Assembly: GCF_006345805.1 (NCBI RefSeq)
Contig: NW_021828070.1
Coordinates: 1 to 47,845, forward strand
Source of the DNA: Octopus sinensis
Taxonomy: Eukaryota
DNA: 47,845 bases
Reading direction: 5' to 3'
Below, piece after piece: positions 41,908 to 47,845 of the stretch (position 1 is its first letter; each line of letters opens with the position of its first letter). The translations under genes and the position numbers were made by a program. The notes beneath the pieces were generated by a model, which was not told where the DNA came from, searched no databases, and worked only from the letters and a program-made list of their open reading frames with translations.

Positions 41908-42002
41908 AATTTTGCTTAATTTATATATCTATATAGATGCATGATAAATTATTTATTATATACTACATGTGCATGTCCTTGCTTGTTTTGCAATTGTTCC
42001 AG

Positions 42003-42155
42003 TTTTAGTGAACCACAGTACAAATATGTGTACTTCAATCATATGAATCTGGCCCAGAAGACGACTGTACATGGTGACAATAAGAAATCAACAAATTTAA
42101 ACATTCCCCCTGATACAATCAAGCTCTTAAGTGACATCAGTTCAGATTTCTCTAA
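42003..42155 (+). CDS. CCZ1: Vacuolar fusion protein CCZ1 homolog, internal exon (FSEPQYKYVYFNHMNLAQKTTVH...PPDTIKLLSDISSDFSK)
   Basis: Matches my recollection of vertebrate CCZ1 (EPQFKFIYFNHMNLAEKSTVH...PDLMKILGDINSDF). Acceptor TTCCAG, donor GTAAGT. Phase 2 on both sides, in frame with the next exon. Confidence 0.93.
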
Positions 42156-43082
42156 GTAAGTATTCTTTTTCTCTCTACACGTTTTTTTCTTTAAATTAGG
42201 AATATTGTACAATAGTTCTACAGTTAGATTAGTGTGTATATATGGAGGCCATGGGGTGGTAAAGGAGTGCTTCATGAAGCCGCGAGAACTCCAATGGCCT
42301 GATGCTCTTCCAAATTCTCTTGTTTTAACAACTTTCCATGCTTCAGGTATGTGTCTGGGACAGTGGTGCTAATGAGGTGCAGGACACATGTCCTTGTTGA
42401 TAGAAGTGTTCCTCTACATATATTGGCTTGGGAGGGAATGTAGGGAAGACCGTGGCAGCCCACACATAACATATCAGATGTCACATATATATGTATGTGT
42501 TGAATAACGTCCCCAATGCAGAAACACAAACACACTTATGTACAAAATGTGACATCGTTGAACGTGGAAACACACACTGATAGACATATACACACTCGTA
42601 TGCAAACTGTGATGTTGTCATCTTCACCATGGTATAAAATGTCCTGTACTATATTTGACTATAGAAAGATTATCTCCATAAAATGTTTATATATTAAGCA
42701 CATGTTTTAAATGTTAATTTAAGGGTAAATATGTAGCAACCTTGCAACTGCTGTGATAATTATTAACTGGTAATTGAATGGTAAATGTGTATTTTTATAT
42801 ACTTTAGACTTGGTGTTATCACATTAGAAAGAATAAAAGTGAAACAATATTCACTTTTGACACGTAATACTGAACCAGTGTAAAAGATTGCTCTGGGGCT
42901 GCATAGGCAAAAGTTGAAAAATTTTTGGGGCCTATGACACTCCATGGACCCTAAGTAATACATGTGTAAAATTTGAATGAAATCAGTTGGGTATTTCTTT
43001 AGGGATTCATACATACATTCTCAGCTTTATATATATATAGATATTTGTACTTTCATATGTTTTTTCATTCTAGCATGGGCTT

Positions 43083-43481
43083 CAGGGGTTCTCAACTATT
43101 TTTATTCTTGTAGTGAGAACTCATTTGTTGCCAACAGAGATAATTGCTTTCTGATCTTTCTCCACCGATTCTCCCAGAATACTCAGCAATTAGATCAGGA
43201 TTTCCCAACCATTTTTTATCCATGGAACCTCTTTGATTGCTATTTTATTCTGCTGGACCACATTGCCATTCAATGTTTAAAAACTAGTTTTATAGAATGT
43301 TATTTATTAATGTTTTCACACATTAATTTGTGGAGGTGGAACTGTGTAAACTGCTAGAGAAAAGAAACCTGTTTCTTGCAATACATACATCTAAAGCAAA
43401 TTTTTTTCAGGGCACCTTAAAATACTACTGTGGATCCCCAATTTACTATTTTCTTGTATGGACCCTGGTTGAGAAGCACTG
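43083..43481. mobile_element. Possible hAT/Charlie-like MITE
   Basis: Imperfect TIRs CAGGGGTTCTCAAC and GTTGAGAAGCACTG. No 8-bp TSD seen. Confidence 0.45.
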
Positions 43482-43996
43482 GGTTAGATGAATGTATGTT
43501 ATTAAGACATTGTCTTTGCTGCTAGATGTTCTTCCTGTTGCTAACCATAAATTATTTTTCAGATAAGGGGGGTGGGGTTTCTTTCTACTCATCTTCGAAA
43601 GTACAATGCTACAAGATGATTTGTTGACTGACAAATATCCACAAATATCACCATCTGTAGTTCAGCAATTTTTTTTTTTTTACTGCACTTATTCTAAACA
43701 TTCACATACACACAGTTATGTGATGCATGCAGTCATACACTTAGATGATGCTTTGTACAATTTCCATATAATATAGAAAGGGTAATGATTGGGTGTATTG
43801 AGTACAGGATAGTGTGGGGTGAGTGAATACATGTAGTTACTGTGCCATCCCTCTTTTTACAGGTGGCATGGACCAGTTACATTTTACAGATGACATGGAG
43901 GGTGGGTGATTTTCAGAGAAACAGGAGGATCAAGCATGTCTGATGGCATACCTACACAGACAGCATGGTACAATGAATAGGGGAGATTGAATAGGT

Positions 43997-44223
43997 GGCG
44001 AGCTGGCAGAAACATTAGCACGCCAGGCGAAATGCGTAGCCGTATTTCGTCTGCCGTTACGTTCTGAGTTCAAGTTCCGCCGAGGTCGACTTTGCCTTTC
44101 ATACTTTCGGGGTTGATAAATTAAGTACCAGTTACACACTGGGGTCGATGTAATCGACTTAATCCCTTTTTCTGTCCTTGTTCGTCCCCTCTATGTTTAG
44201 CCCCTTGTGGGTAATAAAGAAAC
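43997..44223 (+). mobile_element. SINE A1 in CCZ1 intron
   Basis: 16-bp TSD GAATAGGGGAGATTGA at 43975-43990 and 44225-44240. Confidence 0.93.
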
Positions 44224-44355
44224 AGAATAGGGGAGATTGAGTGTTATCTAATATAATGAACAAAATATAATGAACTGGAGAGATGAGTTTAAATGTGTTA
44301 AAATGGCTAAACTATCAGAAACAGGATTTACTGCCAGAATTATTTCTCAGTAGAA

Positions 44356-44911
44356 GGCGCATGGTTAGAGTGTTGGGCTCACAATCATGAGGTAGCACGT
44401 TCAGTTCCCAGACAGTGTTGTATGTTGTGTTCTTGAGCAAGGCACTTTATTTCACGTTGCTCCTGCTCACTCAGCTGTAGAAATGAGTTGTGATGTCACT
44501 GATGCCAAGCTCATCGGTCTTTGCTTTTTCCTTGGATAACATTGGTGGTGTGGAAGGTGGTAAGCTGGCAGAAACGTTAGCATGCCAGGTGAAATGCATA
44601 GCAGTATTTCATCTGTCTTTTATGTTCTGCGTTCAAATTCCGCCAAAGTCGACTTTGCCTTTCACCCTTTTGGGGTTGATAAATTAAGTACCATTTGCAT
44701 ACTGGGGTCGATGTAATTGACTGCCTCCCTCCCCAAAAATTTCAGGCCTTGTGCCTTGAGTAGAAAAGAATATTGGTGGTTTGGAGAGGGGAGATTGGCA
44801 TGCATGGGAGACTGGTCTTTCATAAACAACCTTGCCCAGACTTGTGCCTCAGAGAGGAACTTTCTAGGTGCAATCCCATGATCATTGATGACCAAAGAGG
44901 GTCTTAACCCT
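44356..44911 (+). mobile_element. SINE family D with nested SINE A2 (44557-44772)
   Basis: D sequence resumes after the insert. TSD TTGGTGGT(G/T)TGGA at 44542-44554 and 44773-44785. Confidence 0.85.
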
Positions 44912-45194
44912 TTATCTTATTACACAGTACTGACAGTAGTAGCTATTATACAATACTGTCTGTGGCTATAGATTACAAAACTATTAACCTTTTGAGGACT
45001 CTAGTAAAAGAGCATTATAGTATGCTGCCTTCAGCTGTGAACTATTTTTGACATCATTAATAAAATGCAATTTATTATACATAATTCATGTTAATGCATA
45101 AAGTCTTTAATTGTGGTTCGTTTTTAACTCTTTGCCAACAGGATTCAACAAAACCAATGCATAAATTCTCTGGTGTCTCTGTTTTTGTTCACAG

Positions 45195-45321
45195 GTGCGA
45201 AGATGATGCAGAAACCATTGTGAAGACTTTGAATGACTCTTGGGTTGTAGGGAAAAATCTGACCATCGAGAATTCTATGTGGTTATTAACCAGAAAAATG
45301 CCAATCTCATTGAAATCAATG
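45195..45321 (+). CDS. CCZ1: CCZ1 penultimate exon (CEDDAETIVKTLNDSWVVGK[K]SDHREFYVVINQKNANLIEIN)
   Basis: Matches recalled CCZ1 EDEEIIVKAMSDYWVVGKKSDRRELYVILNQKNANLIEVNE. Acceptor TTCACAG, donor GTATGT. Needs one extra A in GGAAAAATCT (~45252-45257) to stay in frame. Last exon not found in the window. Confidence 0.92.
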
Positions 45322-46310
45322 GTATGTTCTAGATATTGTGTTGTTTGGTCATTCACTCTTGTAAAACTGGTTCTTTGTATTGTATATCCATTTTTTTTTT
45401 ATTCCATGTCAACATGAATAGTTTTGGGATGAAGTGGCTAGCAGGGGGCAGAGGAAAAAGGGAAGAGATTTGTAAAATTGAACAGTTGTATATTTTTATA
45501 GCTGGCTGCTCTTTCTGCTGTTAACTACTCAACCATGAAATAGCATTGCAATTTGTTTGTCAGCCAAGCAAGTTGAAGCAAACACAGTTATATGTTGTCC
45601 AAGGGTATAACACCATTCCACAATATGAATTGTGATCAAAGTTTGTGTTATTAATGCCTTTTTCTTTTTTAAATTTAAAACAGATAATAAAAAAAACTGT
45701 AGCATTTTCATTTATTGAAATCAGAAGGAAGAATTAAATATAAAAACATAAAACTGAAAATTGATAATTTATGCATGAAATGAAATGCAAGTGGAAATAC
45801 TTTATTTAAATTTATTTTCATTTTAAGTTTTACCCTAACCATCATCATTATTGCAACAGTTCTTCTTTTCAAACATAAATTTTTTTTTTCTTTTTCATTT
45901 TTCTCTGATGAGTTTGGCTTGTTTTTTGTTGTTTTTTTGAAGTAATAAGAATATTATATGAAATTGAATTTCAGCTCACATCTCAAGCTACTATACCATG
46001 CACAGTGTGTATGTGGAATAGTATTTCAAAATGTTGGACTTAGGATTAAGTTGTGGGTTTGATAACTGGATATATATATATATATATATATTATATTAAA
46101 TTAGAGATAAAACCACTATTAGGCAAATCATACAATGAAAAACTTAAGCCAATACATAAGATTATTTAATTTATATTATTTAAATATATAACAAAATTAT
46201 TAAAAAAATATAATTAATATAACACTACGATCATTTCATGGCTGTTAATTTCTTTAAATTTTCGAGTTACAGTCATTCATCAGGTGGTTTAAATATTTAA
46301 CTTGGCGAGG

Positions 46311-46707
46311 TTTATTGGCATTAAATAAACCAACCACTCTGCAGGGTGGACTCAGTGCTTTTTGAAGTTAGGAAATTCGATAAGCTTAAGATTTCTGTAC
46401 AACTCCTGCAAACACGAACAGTGTGGAAGACATGGGAATGGAAAAATTAAAGCTAATTAAGATATCCTCAACCTGCTGAGTACCCACCATTGGGTAATTA
46501 TTACATCAGAGGATCTGCTAGCTAGGAAACATATGCAGCTTGCATTTTGCTTGTTCCAATCCCTTAATTTGCATTTATAGTCGCATTCATAGCAACTCTA
46601 GTTGCTAACAGTGAGCTATACAGAAATCTTAAGCTTATCGAATTTCCTAACTTCAAAAAGAACTGAGTCCACCCTGCAGAGTGGTTGGTTTATTTAATGC
46701 CTATAAA
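46311..46707. repeat. 89-bp inverted repeat (2 mismatches) around a 219-bp spacer
   Basis: Arms at 46311-46399 and 46619-46707. Confidence 0.9.
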
Positions 46708-46846
46708 ATGTTTATTGTTCCTGAACATACACAGTCCACTTTTTGTTTTCTGTACCTGCTACAGACTGCTTGAGGCTTACAAACTTCCTACACTTGGAAC
46801 CCTGGGTTGTACCCTTGCATATCGATATATATATATATACATATAT

Positions 46847-47145
46847 GTGGTGGCGCAATGGCCTAGTGGTTAGGGCAGCAGACTCGCGGTCGTAGGATCG
46901 CGGTTTCAATTCCTAGACCGGGCGTTGTGAGTGTTTATTGAGCAAAAACACCTAAAAGCTCCACGAGGCTCCAGCAGGGGGTGGTGATCCCTGCTGTACT
47001 CTTTCACCACAACTTTCTCTCACTCTTTCTTCTGTTGGCCTGCTCGCTTAGCCAGTGGGGTGGCATCATTTGAAGGCTAAAACAATGCGAACGCATTGTG
47101 ACCAGCGATGTGTAACTACATCTGATAGCCTGGTCGATCATGGTG
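46847..47145 (+). mobile_element. SINE family B, tail variant 3
   Basis: Same head as 41088 but a different 3' ~110 bp. TSD ATATATACATATAT at 46833-46846 and 47146-47159. Confidence 0.88.
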
Positions 47146-47162
47146 ATATATACATATATATA

Positions 47163-47470
47163 TCATCATCATCATCATTTAACGTCCATCTTCCATGCAT
47201 GCATGGGTAGGACGGTTGACAGAAGCCGGCCAGGTAAAAGACTACCCCAGGTTACTCTGTCTGTTTTTGCAGCTGAATGTCCTTCCTAACACCAACCACT
47301 CTGCAGAGTGGACTCAGTGCTTTTTACATTGCACTAGCATAGGCAAGGCTAGTTTTGGCATGATTTTTTTCATTGGATGCCCTTCCAAATGCCAACCACT
47401 TTGCAGTGTGGACTGATTGCTTATTGCAGCACCAGCTCTGGAAGGGTCACCAAGTAACTTGCAAGACAAG
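47163..47470 (-). mobile_element. RTE-related LINE/SINE 3' segment with (ATG)n tail
   Basis: CATCATCATCATTTAACGTCC...GGATGCCCTTCC..CCAACC pattern, which I recall from RTE-associated 3' ends; two internal sub-repeats. Confidence 0.55.
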
Positions 47471-47845
47471 GATTTTGAGAGGGCTGGGGGCATTTGAGGA
47501 GGGGATCTTGTGTCAGATGATGAAAGTGACAAACGATAGTCTAGAGGAGGAAGGTATAGAAACTGAAACCATTCTCAGTTAAGCATAGAGAGGTTCTAGA
47601 TGTTGTGCACGATGATGAGGAAACAGAGGGCTTTTACAACTAGAGAGCATGAGCTTGGACAGCTAGGTATTACTTCTATAACATAGTGAAGATGGAAAGT
47701 TAATCACAATGATAGATAGTAGCGTGTCATGTAAATTAAAATGTTGGAGAAAAGTGTGTTCAAAATGTCAATGTCAAATTTACTGATGCTGAGGGGTGAA
47801 AAGAGGCTTGGAAATATTACAAGAGGTCATTGAAAGTAGGAAATG

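Overview
This is a repeat-dense animal genomic window, most likely from a coleoid cephalopod (octopus). That assignment is inferred from the tRNA-derived SINE families and very high microsatellite load; it was not verified by search. Host genes: two exons of CCZ1 on the + strand (42003-42155, 45195-45321) are recognisable. A possible signal-anchor first coding exon of an unidentified gene lies on the - strand (31840-32016), inside a 1.22-kb tandem duplication. The main discovery is a set of four related Tx1/L1-clade non-LTR retrotransposons sitting in microsatellites. A young lineage forms a head-to-tail array embedded in (GATA)n at all three junction tracts: near-full-length copy B (15501-21361) and 5'-truncated copy C (21485-23636). 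An older sister lineage (A 8290-12799, D 34895-39080) starts after, and in D ends in, (TAT)n tracts. The last ~41 nt of the GATA lineage match the 3' tail of the most abundant SINE in the window. LINEs and SINE subfamilies share a small terminal stem-loop that shows compensatory base changes. Copy B has no premature stops and only net-deletion frameshifts. The conserved CCZ1 exon carries the same kind of 1-bp homopolymer deletion, so copy B may be intact in vivo. Also present: a pogo-type deletion derivative, a probable solo LTR, RTE-type fragments, hairpin elements with covarying stems, inverted SINE pairs and a pre-miRNA-like hairpin. All alignments were done by eye; no database searches were run.
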